Part shown: positions 1 through 13,190 of the stretch, in pieces | Layout: each line of letters starts with the position of its first letter | Position numbering within the stretch: the first letter of the stretch is position 1 | NCBI GenBank assembly: GCA_051362555.1 | Contig: CM120640.1 | Location: forward strand, 7,068,001-7,132,000 | DNA: 64,000 nt | Source: Lingula anatina | Taxonomy: Eukaryota; Animalia; Brachiopoda | Reading direction: 5' to 3' | The notes under the pieces: model-generated | Database searches by the model: none | Told to the model about the DNA's origin: nothing | What the model saw: only the letters and a program-made list of their open reading frames with translations | Position numbers and translations under genes: made by a program

Positions 1-232
1 GGTCTGGAAACACATGTGGTGACCGCTGCAAATATTTTTCTTCTTTCATTCACCTTTGGAGTGTTGATCGATTTCGAAAACTCCTTAAGGACATCGCCAA
101 CCTGAAAATCAACGACGGAAATAAAGTCAATTGTAATTTACAAGTCACACTTACCCACAAAACATAAAAGCCGGTGTGTCTGGACAAAATCATACCTTCA
201 CGTCGGCCATGTTCCTTGTGCAATAGACCCAC
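1..232 (-). other. Possible 5' exons of a divergently transcribed gene leaving the window
   Basis: On the minus strand there is a TGG|gtaagt donor near 155 and a ttttcag acceptor near 102, followed by a frame open to the window edge. No recognisable protein family. Confidence 0.25.
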
Positions 233-404
233 AATGCTCTACAATTTAGGTCAAGTAAAAAGTGGATTAAAGTATTCACATGAACCATGGATTGGGGGTA
301 AACCACATAAATATAATAGAGTTTGTTCCATTTTATTGAGATTTAGAGTTAAAAATATGATGATGGATCACTAAAATACAGGACTGGAGTAAGTTATGGC
401 CATA

Positions 405-420
405 TAACACTTCCGGTCTC
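405..420. promoter_or_regulatory. ETS-type motif (ACTTCCGG) in the putative RAD51D promoter
   Basis: acttccggt lies about 120 bp upstream of the putative first splice donor. The motif is common in animal housekeeping promoters; function is inferred only. Confidence 0.3.
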
Positions 421-1063
421 TTTTTAGGTCAGAGGTCATCTGCTTCGTGCACGTGTTGTTGCCTTACAAATGTCCGCTACAAACACTGCTGTTTTACAAA
501 TATGTAGAATATCATGAATATGTAGTATTTGGTAAGTGAAGAATCTTGAAAATCTAAAGCAAAAACTGCATAGGGATGTGCTTGTCATCTTGTTTTATCA
601 TTGGTTTTCTCAAATTGATTTCAATTTTGAACCTCACATTGTAAACAAACCACAATTAAAATGTACATTGTACCTGTAAAACAACATTTCTTAGTATTGA
701 ACAATGTTATCTCAAACACAACATATTATCTTTATATGTAACAGTACTCAATGTAATCATGTTTGTGCCGAATTGAAGTCCACCCCTCTCAGTTCCGTTT
801 TTCTGTAGAATTTGACATCATTGGCCAAGACATTGTCACAATCATTATACAGTACTCAGTACTTACCAGTAATAAGTTTCAGTGATAAAATCGCTTCATT
901 ATTTTTAAATGTGCACTGGTAACATAAAAAGATGCTACTTTTTGTGTGAGTGAAAAAACAGCAAAATTGTAAATGTTGAAGGATAAAAAAAGATGTCTTT
1001 AAATAATCTTACTGGCCTTGTTATTGTTATTCACAGTGCCTGGTGAGTCCCCCACACAGAGAA

Positions 1064-4000
1064 ATGTCACTATTGAAACCTGGACTTTCACCTGTTTTAA
1101 CCCAAGATGTTATAGACACACTGAGACAACAAGGTGTGAGAACTGTGCTTGACTTCTTGGAACACGATGCAGAAGAAATGGTGAAAAAAGCTGGCATTTC
1201 CTACAAAGATGTGCTTGCAATAAGACATGTACTTCTTGCTCAGTATTCGGCTGTCCCAGTCAATGGAGCAGATATGTATGAAGATGCCTTAAACTCAATG
1301 GCAATTCTCCCAACAGGGGTAAAGAGGCAAGTAACTTTTACATTATTTGTTATAGTTGTCAAGGTATGCAGATTTGTAAATTAATCATTACTCATCTTAT
1401 TAAATTTATTTATACTAATACCGCTATGAATAGGCTCTTTAACAAAAAGTTTTCTAGCTGACTTGTCATTTACTCAGTATATGCTATAGTCTTTATTTTT
1501 CTCTTCTTTTCCAGTTTGGATACCATGTTGGATGGAGGTCTATACACCTCTGAGGTCACAGAATTAGTGGGACCAGCTGGAGTTGGGAAGTCCCAGGTAA
1601 AATTATCATGTACTTTTTGCTTTTATCTTGTTGACAGGTGGTGAAAGATTATAGCTTATATCCTTATCCATGAAAGGGAGAGAGGCGTCTGGAAACAGTT
1701 TTTATTCTGCATGCAAACATGTTATGCTGATAAGGATTGTCTTAAAAAATGAGTTTCCATATCAACTATTCACTGTCTGATGCAAAATACCATTTAAGTT
1801 CCAATAAAAATTTCTCTTAATTATCCTTCATCATAACTCTTTTGAAATAGAACTGTCAAAAATGCACTGGAAAACATTTTAATTGAGAGAAAAGTATTAT
1901 AGAATGATGAATAATTAGTATGCAGTTGAACTGAAAATCTCATCTTTTGTTCCAGCTCTGTATGTACATGAGTTTGAACATTTCTCGCAATCTAAAACAG
2001 AATATAATGTACATTGATTCTACTGGAGATTTCTGTATTCAAAGGCTTCAAGATATTCTCTATTCTGATCAGGTGGAAGATGAGGTACGTATATCATAAT
2101 ATACCTTCACATTTGAGTTTTGACTGCCACAAATTTTAGTATTATATTTTAATATATTTTTTAAAAATTGACTCCTCTTTAAATAAACCCATTTTAAAAG
2201 TTATTTTCAATGTTTCATTAATATTACAGGAGATAATCAATATACTTTCAAGGATAAAGTGTTCTAGAGCATTTGATATATTTGAAGTATTGGCACAACT
2301 CTGTGAGGTCACAAATCACTTGACAGCACAGGTAACACTCCCCATTTTATACTCTCATTGAGATTGATGAATCAATTTTACATTAAATTTTCCAGAAATC
2401 TGAGAGGAATAAAAAATATCAGAAGGTCCTTTTGAACTATTGATCTTAAAATGAATCAGGTTTTGCCAGATAATGGTTTGTAATATGCAATTTAATTCTT
2501 ACCTAAACTTTTTTACTAAGGCGTTAATGTATGTTTAAATTATTACAGACAAATGAATTCTATCAGCATTTGAAGTTGGTGATAGTGGATAGCTTGCCAG
2601 CTGTGGTTTTGCCAGTCTTTGGTGGAGCTCAGACAGATGGTAAATGTGCCTACTTAAAAAACAAGTGACCGGATTACAAAAAATCAATATTGATACAATA
2701 GAATAATGGGAAAAAAGGGTTAATTTGTGTGAGAAGTAAAGGGGAGAAAACAGAATGGCACATCTTTCTCTGTGTGCACAAGATTTGAGTCATTTTGTCT
2801 AGGAAACAAACCCTTTTATCAATTGGAAACTTTAATTTTTATGTACAGACACAGATGTGTCTGTACATATTGCCATCACCTGCGTCTGTCGTCGCCGTCG
2901 CCGTCGCCGTCGCCGATCATGTCGCCGTGCACTTTCAGCGTTAACACCATAAGTGGAAGACAGTTTTATTTTTTGGCTTTATATTTACAGAGCTGACTAA
3001 TATTCATAAAACGCAGGTCAAGTTCGAAAATCAGCATGATCTGGCCATTATTGTAAAATTTATGCTGTTTTTTCTCTTTTTAGCATATATGCAACACTGT
3101 TAACACATTTCAAGGAAAACCGATAGGCCTGTTGTCATGAAACTCACAGGAGTAATCAATCTTACTAAAACGCAGGTCAAGTTCGAAAATCAGCATGATC
3201 GGGCCACTATTTTAGTAGTTATGCTGTTTTTTCACTTTTCAGCATATATGCAACACTGTTAACACATTTCAAGGAAAACCGATAGACCTGTTGTCATGAA
3301 ACTCACAGGAGTAATCAATCTTACTAAAACGCAGGTCAAGTTCGAAAATCAGCATAATCGGGCCATTATTTTATAAGTTATGCCGTTTTTTCACATTTCC
3401 TCAGATTTAATTCTTAGGCATGTTAACAGTCTCATTATTTAGTTAAGAAGATACGTAAAAGTGTTTGTTTGACATTTCCTGCATCTTTACAACATTGTTA
3501 GTTGATTTTGTAAAAATGATGGTATACTTGTTATTGTGTATTGTGTAATAAAGTTTCAAAAATGGAAATAAACTCATATCATTGCGGTTTGTCAGATTCA
3601 ATCATTCACTATGTTCAGAATCTCAGAATGGAAGAAATTGGACATTTAACACTGTTTTATTGATATTTTTCCCATCTCATCAATTTTTTTAGTTGATCAT
3701 ATAAATATGCCAGTAAACTCTTAATTTTGTTTTATGTTAAAAAATTGTTAAAAATGGGAAAAAAACATTTCAGAACAGTGCCGTCTTGTTTACATTTTGG
3801 CATTTTTAAGTTGTGACTTTGAAGTTCCATGGGCCTGAAGACCTTTGCTAGTCACATTTTCTGAATATCCATGATACTAATATTTTATTATTAAAAATTG
3901 ATGGTCATTATGCTGTTAAACATTATGTAATATTGCATCAAAATTTGAAGAAAACCTATTTTGGGCACTGCTCCCATGATGACCATTTAAGAAAAACCAT

Positions 4001-7000
4001 GTCACTTACTGTTCTCAAACAGTACAGTAAATATATATAGATGTGTCTGTACATATTGCCATCACCTGCTTCTGTCGTCGCCGTCATCGCCGTCGCCAGC
4101 GCCGTGCACTTTCATTGTAAACAAGATAAATGGAAGCCAGTTTTACTTTTTGGCTTTATATTTACAGAGCTGATGAATATTCATAAAACGCAGGTCAAGT
4201 TCAAAAATCAGCGTGATCAAATCTATTTTAGAAGTTATGCTGTTTTTTCACATTTCCTCAGATTTAATTCTTAGGCATGTTAACAGTTTCATTATTTAAT
4301 TAATAAGATACATAAAAGTGTTTGTTTGACATTTCCTGCATCTTTACAACATTGTTAGTTGATTTTGTAAAAATGATGGTAAACTTGTCATCGTGTATTG
4401 TGTAATAAAGTTTCAAAAATGGAAATAAACTCATATCATTGCAGTTTGTCAGATTCAATCATTCACATAATGTACTTTTGCATCACAAATGACAGTAGCC
4501 TATTTTGTGCATAGTTATTTCCTGTTTTTTGTCTGTACATTTGACAGCTTTGCTGCCTTGTTTATGACTATATTGATTATTTTTTTTATTATCTTAGCCC
4601 CTGTATCTTTGTTGATAGAGATTTTAAATCAATGTTTCATGCTGTCATTTAGAATTTTGCTTTGCTATAATTTCCCACCTACACTGCTTAACTTGTTTCT
4701 AATATCAACTACAGGCGGAACATACATATCCTTGAAGCTAGATTCCCTTTCCAAGTTTTAATTTTGCTATTTTTTTTAAATTGAAAAGCCACAATGAAAC
4801 AAATTAAACCATATTTATTTATTTATGTATGTTAATGATTATTATCATTGCCATTAAATAAATGGGCATTTTTATAATAGTATACACATGTTGAATATTT
4901 CTCCTAATTTTGCAGGGCACGGATATTTAATGCATGTAGCAAGAATGATGAAGACATTGGCTGTAGATTTTAACTTGGCTTTAATGGTAGATAAACAATT
5001 ACAGTCCAGTTGAATTTATACATATGTTGGATAAAGGGCTATATATCAAAAATTAAATAGACTTTTTTCTTATTTTTGTCACTCTGTAATAATCTTTTTT
5101 TGAATTATTAAGTACATATTTTAGACTTCTACACTGAATATAGGTACCAGTAATTCAGCCAGTATAATTATGCAGTATATATTGTATGTTAACAATGTAG
5201 CAGTAACTTCGAAGGTATTGGTATTAAGTTGACCACAGATATTAAGTTTGAATAAATATTTTGAGTTTTATGTTTGCATGTGGACTACATGTATATGCCA
5301 TGGTTACCAGACTTACACTACACATACAGATTGCTTCTCTTTATTTATTCAGACAACAAACAATGTAGTACAGGGAGAAGCTGGGGAGACCAAACCAGCC
5401 CTGGGACGTGCGTGGAGTCACATCCCTAATACCAGGGTGGAGATAAAGAAACAAGACATTACACCTGATGGTGAAAATAGGAGAACAGCTGTACTTACCA
5501 AATGCTCAAGACAGGTAAGTCTGTTCAGTGTGATGTTACAGGTGTAATATCACTTTACCAGCTGTAAATACACTATAGCTGTGGCTGTAAGTGCTAGGTA
5601 TTGCTTCGTTGGTGCTTAATAATTGTATGGTGTGTTGGTTAATTCGTAGGTTTTGTGGTTAATATGGGTATTAGCACTAAAAGATCTGTGGGTAAGGTTA
5701 GGAAAGGACTGTATCAGCCAGATTTTCATAAATTAGATAAATTACACTTCATTTAACACAAGCTGACAAGCTCAGGATTTTTATGTACAGACACAGATGT
5801 GTCTGTACATATTGCCATCACCTGCGTCTGTCGTCGCCGTCGCCGTCGATGTCGCCGTCGCCGTCGCCGTCGCCGTGCACTTTCATCGTTAACACGATAA
5901 GTGGAAGACAGTTTTACTTTTTGGCTTTATATTTACAGAGCTGATAAATATTTATAAAACGCAGGTCAAGTTCGAAAATCGGCATGTTTGGGCAATTATT
6001 GTAGAAGTTATGCTGTTTTTTCACTTTTTAGCTTATATGCAACACTGTTAACACATTTCAAGGAAAACCGATAGGCCTGTTGTCATGAAACTCACAGGAG
6101 TAATCAATCTCACTAAAACGCAGGTCAAGTTCGAAAATCAGCATAATCGGACCATTATTTTATAAGTTATGCTGTTTTTTCACATTTCCTCAGATTCAAT
6201 TCTTAGGCATGTTAACAGTCTCATTATTTAACTAATAAGATACGTAAAGGTGTTTGTTTCACATTTCCTGCATCTTTACAACATTGTTAGTTGATTACGT
6301 AAAAATGATGTTAAACCTGTAATCGTGTATTGTGTAATAAGGTGTCAAAAATGGAAATAAACTCATATCATTGCAGTTTGTAAGATTCAATCATTCACTA
6401 TGTTCAGAAACTCAGAATGGAGGAAATTGGACATTTGACACTGTTCTATTGATATTTTTCACATCTCATCAATTTTCTTAGTTGATCATAAAAAAATGGC
6501 AGTAAACTGTTAATTTTGTTTTATGTTAAAAAAGTGTTAAAAATGGAAATAAACCCATTTCAGAATAGTGCTGTCTTGTTTCACATTTCCTCAGATTCAC
6601 TTTTTAGGCATGTTAACAGTTTCATTATTTAATTAATAAGATAAGTAAAAGTGTTTGTTTGACATTTCCTGCATCTTTACAACATTGTTAGTTGATTTTG
6701 TAAAAATGATGGTAAACTTGTTATCGTGTATTGTGTAATAAAGTTTCAAAAATGGAAATAAACTCATATCATTACAGTTTGTAAGATTCAATCATTCAGA
6801 AACTCAGAATGGAGGAAATTGGACATTTGACACTGTTCTATTGATATTTTTTCCATCTCATCAGTTTTCTTAGTTGATCATATAAAAATGGCAGTAAACT
6901 GTTAATTTTGTTTTATGTTAAAAAAGTGTTAAAAATGAAAAAAAAAAAAAAAAAAAAAAACATTTCAGAACAGTGCTGTCTTGTTTACATTTTGGCATTT

Positions 7001-8077
7001 TCAAGTTGTGACTTTGAAGTTCCATGGGCCTGAAGACCTTTGCTAGTCACATTTTCTGAATATCCATAATACTAATATTTTATTATTAAAAATTGATGGT
7101 CATTATGCTGTTAAACGTTATGTAATATTGCATCAAAATTTGGAAAAAAAATATTTTGGGCACTGCTCCCATGATGACCATTTAAGAAAAATCATGTCAC
7201 TTACTGTTCTCAAACTTACAGGAAAGAAACATGGGACTAAAATACAGCTTCAGTAGGCAATGCAGTCTGTTTGGTAATTCTTTCTGCTAGTTAAACAGTT
7301 TTTTTTTGTGAAAATTTAATTTTTCACATATTGGCATTTTCAAGGTGTGACTTTGAAGTTCCATGGGCTTGAAGACCCATGCTAGTCACATTTTCTGAAA
7401 ATCCATGATACGTATATTTTATTATTAAAAATTGATGGTCATTATGCTGTTAACCATTATGTAATATTGCATCAGAATAGAAGAAAACACAATTTTGGGT
7501 GCTGCTGCCATGATGACCATTCTGGGAAAACCATGTTACTGATGATTGCCAAACGTTCAAAAAAGAAATACAGGACTAAAATGCAGCCTGAGTTGGAAAA
7601 GCAGTCTAATTGGCTTCTTTTTCCGGAAGTTATACATTTTCAAAGTGTGAACTTGAACTGCCATGGGCCTGAAGCCTTATGCTTGTTACACATTTTACTT
7701 ACATTGGTATTACCTGTTGAGCATAATTAAAATTTGATGTTGAATTTGCAGTTTAACATAATATACTTTTGCATCAGGATTGACAGTAGCCTATTTTGTG
7801 CATAGTTATTTCCTGCTTTTTGTCTGTACATTTGACAGCTTTGCTGCCTTGTTACATTTGGAATTGACTTGAATGAAAGTCACAGACTTGAAACAGACCA
7901 TGTGGCATAGGAAGAATATAGGAGAGCTAATCAATATAGCTGTTAGACTAGCACATGTGCATTTATTTTACAAAAGTATATGTTAAAATATAATAATTTT
8001 TTTCTTTATTGTAGCCCACTGGCCTGACAGCAGAGTTCACAATCACTCCATCTGGCATAGAAACATATCACAGCTGA
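1064..8077 (+). CDS. RAD51D: DNA repair protein RAD51 homolog D (RAD51 paralog), 8 coding exons
   Basis: Exons 1064-1326, 1515-1596, 1956-2084, 2230-2331, 2549-2639, 4916-4986, 5353-5514, 8015-8077 splice in frame. Translation gives MSLLKPGLSPVL..., Walker A GPAGVGKSQ, YIDSTG, Walker B LKLVIVDS and KPALGRAWSHIPNTR, all typical of RAD51D. The first coding intron uses a GC donor. A probable non-coding exon ends at 531 (G|gtaagt), with an acceptor at 1036. Confidence 0.93.
2836..4562 (+). mobile_element. Helentron-associated non-autonomous element (HINE/DINE-1-like), family A, in RAD51D intron 5
   Basis: 5' T-run, then subterminal IR atgtacagaca with an adjacent inverted copy (tgtctgtacat), a (GTCGCC)n microsatellite, ~159-bp tandem units (3008, 3167, 3327), a 3' subTIR tgtctgtacat, a short stem-loop cagc-ttt-gctg and a CTTGTT end. 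A second 5' module restarts at about 4041. Confidence 0.75.
5778..7853 (+). mobile_element. HINE/DINE-1-like element, family A, in RAD51D intron 7
   Basis: Same termini and (GTCGCC)n tract as 2836-4562, with different internal block duplications (e.g. ~6180-6580 repeated at ~6580-6990). Confidence 0.75.
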
Positions 8078-8529
8078 CAGCATGTTACAGAGTATCAGTA
8101 TTTCCCAAGGACAATTTAGGAGATAGCACATATACTAAAGGTTCAACTTGAAAAGCACATTTTACCTTTTTTTAATACCAATGATTTTTTGAAAATTGTG
8201 CATGAAAATTTGCTTCGAAAAATGTGCACAGACTACAACAATGTTAAGTTAGTAAATATTAATAAATATGTGATTAATGAGTTACGGACATTAAATGTTT
8301 TCAAACATTGATATACATAATGTACTTGAATTATTTTAAAATGCCAATATTATGGCTGATATAGTCTTTGTAACATTTCTAGAACCTGAGATTGATGTGA
8401 ATGGAATTCCATTTGATGGATGTCGGAAAAAGTTATTTTTGCTAGGCACTGATATGCAACTGTCAATAAAAATATCTCACTATTATGTACATATATACAG
8501 TATATATATAATAAATCTGTAAAATATCT

Positions 8530-11500
8530 TTAATGTTTCTTCTTGTTTCTTATCCTTCTTTTCAGCAATAGCGTATGGATGATCACGTCCACAAATTCAA
8601 GCAAAGTTATTAAGCTGGCCCCAACAAATAGTCCTAGGGATCCACCAATGTCACCTAAAAAGAAAATAAACTGAAGTTAATGCATACCAGTTGAGAATGC
8701 GACATAATAAACGGTGCAATTCTGTTCTGGTGTGTAGCCGTAATCATTAGTAAAAACGCACATATTGGAATCTAACCGTAAGTTCCGGTCGTGTGCTTCA
8801 TTTAATGGACTGGTTTAAAAAATGAAGATAAAAAATTATGCATTCGAGAATACTGTCAGTTAACCTGGGAATTTGCGCTGTTGACATGGTTACTCTTTTT
8901 GTTGAATTTCAAAATTTAAGTGTTATGCATGAAATAACATTATTGTTAATTATGTAGTAATGTACAGTTTAATATCGAAAGTCACCCTAATCATCAAATG
9001 GAACCTTTTATCTAGATTGTTTCATAATATTGAGTTAATTAAAAATGAGGAAATTAAGAAGTCATTGAATTCTTATCGTGTCAACTGAACACAACAGTTT
9101 TAAATATCCGGCAAGGTTAAAGAAAGCGCTCCCGTCACTGCAAACGCTAGTAAATAACTTACTCCACAAGCTATTAGTGTCATAAGCTATTTGCTGCTTG
9201 ATCTCCTCGTAGCTTAACTCTTTCAGAAAAACATCGAGCTGGAGAAAATTTTCCCTGAAACAAAAATGGATCGAAGATTATTTAACCTAGGCACTGCAAT
9301 TCTATTATGGCATCTCAAAAGTAAACTTTACTATTCTATGAAAAAAGCACCGCTTCGTATGATGGCCAGTATGACAAACGAATTTTAGCTGTCTCCTGAC
9401 GTTGATTAGAATACTGAGAAACTGGTGATAGTACGAGTACGTCGCAAACAAGAAAAAGCTTGTTATTCCGTCAATCTTGTTGCATTCAGCGAGAGTCCCC
9501 TTGGAGTCGGTGCGCATTAGCTAGGTCGACATATCTCATTCTAACCAGTCCCTTAGTGGTTTGTTTCTTAAGTAAGTGTACAATAAATGTGATGGGAAAA
9601 AATTCTGTAAAATTTTCATTTATATTAGAGTGTTTTATTTCGTCCATATACTTAGTTAACTCACATAAAGAAGGTTGCGTCAATTGTGTTCTTCCTCTGA
9701 AACGAACCCAGTTGCTCTTGCAGTTTGAAAAAAGCAGATAGGAAAAGTTCATCTTTACTGCCAAGTGACATGTCAAGGTCGGCATGTTGTATTAGTCTCC
9801 CAATTTTTATGTCGATCTCTGCTGATTTGTTCTGTATGTCTATTTCTGCAAAATCTGCATTCGTGAGAACTTGAAGCCCCGGCATGGAGATATTGTCTAA
9901 TGAACCCCGTGGGTAGCGTAGCATTCTCCGGACAATGTCGAGCAGATAGGCACTATCTGATGTGTTTGAAAAAATATCGCGAACATCTTGGTGTATCTTC
10001 TGGTAAAAATTATCCAGAATAACTTCACTCATCATGTTCTGCCACATTTCAGTGTAAGCAAATTGATATTGATGGAGGCTGTCAAGCAATTCTCTACCTC
10101 TAGACCGCGCAGCCCCGAAGAAACGTTGCATATTCAGTAATTCTTCTTCGACGGCTGGCGACGTAAATGACACCGCAACTTCTGTCTTAGAAATGTTGTC
10201 GTGTTTTATGTAATCTTGCGCTTTGTCGATGGATTGTCGCAAAGTTATGGCGGCTGTCTTTCGCAGAGAACTCATATCTTGTAAGAGCTGGTCTATTGGC
10301 CATAGGACGTTCGCCATTGTTGTATGCAAAGTTTCGTTACATACATTAAATGTTTGCACTATGTTTTCCAACATTTCCTTTGGTTTAGCAACAATTCGAT
10401 CATAGATCATATACTTCCGATAAAGGAATTTCTTTGCCATGGAAATATAAGTATCGATACTGGTTTGATATAAAGTCTCATTGTGGGTTCCGTTTTCGAA
10501 TATTTGCTTTGCTACGAGACGCAAATTGTGCAGTGACTGTACATATAAACCTGAGTATTTCATTATATTTTCAAAATTATAATGAGTGTTCTTTAGATCA
10601 TGATGTAACAAATACAACGAAACATAGGTCATATCATAATGCCGATCGGGAGTCGTCAAATAGGTCAGAAGAGGGAACCCGTCAATGTAAGCCTCGTAAA
10701 CTTTTGTTAAATTAGCACGCGCCCTGTTGGCCAAACTAAGTTTTGTTAACAAGTTCGTGTCAACTATTTGAAATATGGCTTGACGAGAGCATGTGTCGTT
10801 ATGGTCTGTAGAACGCGCACAGTCCATCATGTGCTTGAAAAGATCATGAGTTTGGAAAAACCCTGTTGTCACATGAGAAAACGTCCTTTCATCCATCACA
10901 TTCCACCCTCTGATAAAATCATTATGATATGTGTGAACGCTTGCCGCAAGACCCCGGTCACTGTGAAAAGCAATTCTTAGCCTCAGTCTTTCCGTCATAG
11001 AAATAATGGTACTTTTGACTAACTCGAGAATAATTGTTATGTCATCAAAAAAGCGAAGTATATCTTCATATTTCTCCAACAAATCTTTAAATTTAGCCTC
11101 GTCGTCTGTGCGTATGGCCTGATCAACCTTTTGTCGAATTTCTCTTGCTTTGACGTATTTCTTTTGAAGCAGCTGTAAGCCTTCACTTCTCAGCCAGGTT
11201 TCTGTATTGAAATTAGAAATAGTGGCGTATGTGGTCGTCGTGTCGAACAGCGTTCTATTACAGGGTACTGGACACGGACACGCCTCAGCACTGCGTTCGT
11301 ATGTTTCTGAAAGTCATTGATTACATTAATTTATTTTATGTAACTTGCTAATGGCATATATGAACTTTTAAGCAAATCATTTAATCATGCAACTTCATTA
11401 CGATCTTTTGAACATTAGAAACCAAATTATACCGCGGCTCCAATGAAGACGGTTTGCGAAGCTCAATGAAGATGAAGAGGCAGTCAGCCAGTTTTGGTGC

Positions 11501-13159
11501 TTGTCTTAGCCATAGTTTTCCTCGTACTTAAACTTACCTAAACTGGGTCTCAAGCAAGTGGCGTAAGTTGACAGATTACATACAGAAGGGTACCCTAGGG
11601 AGAAGTAATAAAACGCGGATAATGTTTATATATATAAATTATATTGAACGTTAAAGGCAACAAGATTAAAGATACCATGTGACTTTTCCGATTTTTTTTT
11701 TTCATTTTAACATATATCTGTTCAGAAGTATTGTTAAGTTTAAACATCTATTTTAAAGTGTACATGCACACGATGCTTCCACGTAGAAGTGTATTGGATG
11801 CACAGTTGAAATAATCCTAAGAATACACAATATAAATGGAACAGATATTGTTACATTGCGGTAAAGACAACTGGTAGGCCTACCTGTATATATCTCCGGC
11901 ATGTAAAAGTCACGGCAACCACATTGTTCTACCACGTGTCTTGCCTCACAGTCCAGATCACAGGCTGGAACTGAATAATAGTCATAATACCTCAGCTCAC
12001 GACTGCCACATTTACCATGCGGAGGGATCAGGTTCTCCACCTGCAATTACACAGAGGTAATTTCTTTTATCCATTGGAACAATACGTGGTTTAGGAACGC
12101 TTGTTGGATAGTTGTAAATAGGGGCCTGTTTTACAACCAATAAGTTAATAAATAAAAAGACCCATTGGTCTTAACCTCAAACCTAAAATTTTGGTGTCGT
12201 TAAATTCGGTAATAATTTTATTACAGTTGACTACATCTGATCATTTGTATGTCAAAGTATAATAAAAGTATTTAAAAATAAAGACACATTTTCAGCCGTA
12301 AGTTTTTAAATAATAGCGACCCTGTGGTCAGCATTGCTTGTACATGTTCATGAGGAAAGGAGGTGCGAGAGGTTCGGTAGGTATTTGCAATAGGACACAA
12401 GTGGTATAATTTCAAACGGTTTCAACAGCTCTTCCGAGACGGAGAACTTTAATAAGATACAAATTACATATCTCAAGTACGAACCATTGTGAGCAATGCA
12501 TGAAACTGTTCTCTGCAAAAGATAAGCACTACTACAGAGAATTCGATCAGGTACCTAAGGGGCAACTAGGAAACGTTTCGCTGAAATAAAATACCTTAAT
12601 AACAGACATTCCCACGAAGGCGTGTGATCCTGGTGGTATGGCTTGCCCCAAATCCCGCACCAAGGGAACCTCGTGCTGCTCGTGTAAGAGAACTTTGAGG
12701 CCAGCAGAACTAAATGGACCGCTCATGTACTCATACTGTTCTATGTTGATTGTCAGCCTAAGACCGTGTTCAGCGCCTGAAATTATATGAGGCCCTCTTT
12801 ACGACTTCTGGGTGTTTCCAGATCTGCTATTCTCCACTCGACGCGCCTGTTTCATGAGCAGGTCCAAATAAACTGAATTAAAATAATTTGTTCTCTAGAA
12901 AATGAATTATGTCTGTTGGCCCTACTTCGAAATAATTCATAAGGTACTGATAACTGAATATTCACTATTGCCCAAAATTGTAAGTGTGGCATGCGAAAGT
13001 TTAACATGTTTGCAATATACCCGTTGCAAATGTATCACTTTCATTTTTAAATTCGTAACTGTTCATATCTGCAATATTAAGTCACGCTCAAAGTAGTCGT
13101 TATTTTATGCGATATGTGTACCAACCGTTTGGCGCAACAGTGTGTGTGTGTGCGCGCGC

Positions 13160-13190
<31 letters not shown>

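Noticed and set aside
9661-11082. 473-aa ORF as a stand-alone or horizontally acquired gene
   Set aside because: It is in frame with upstream channel cysteines inside one exon bounded by canonical splice sites in both copies.
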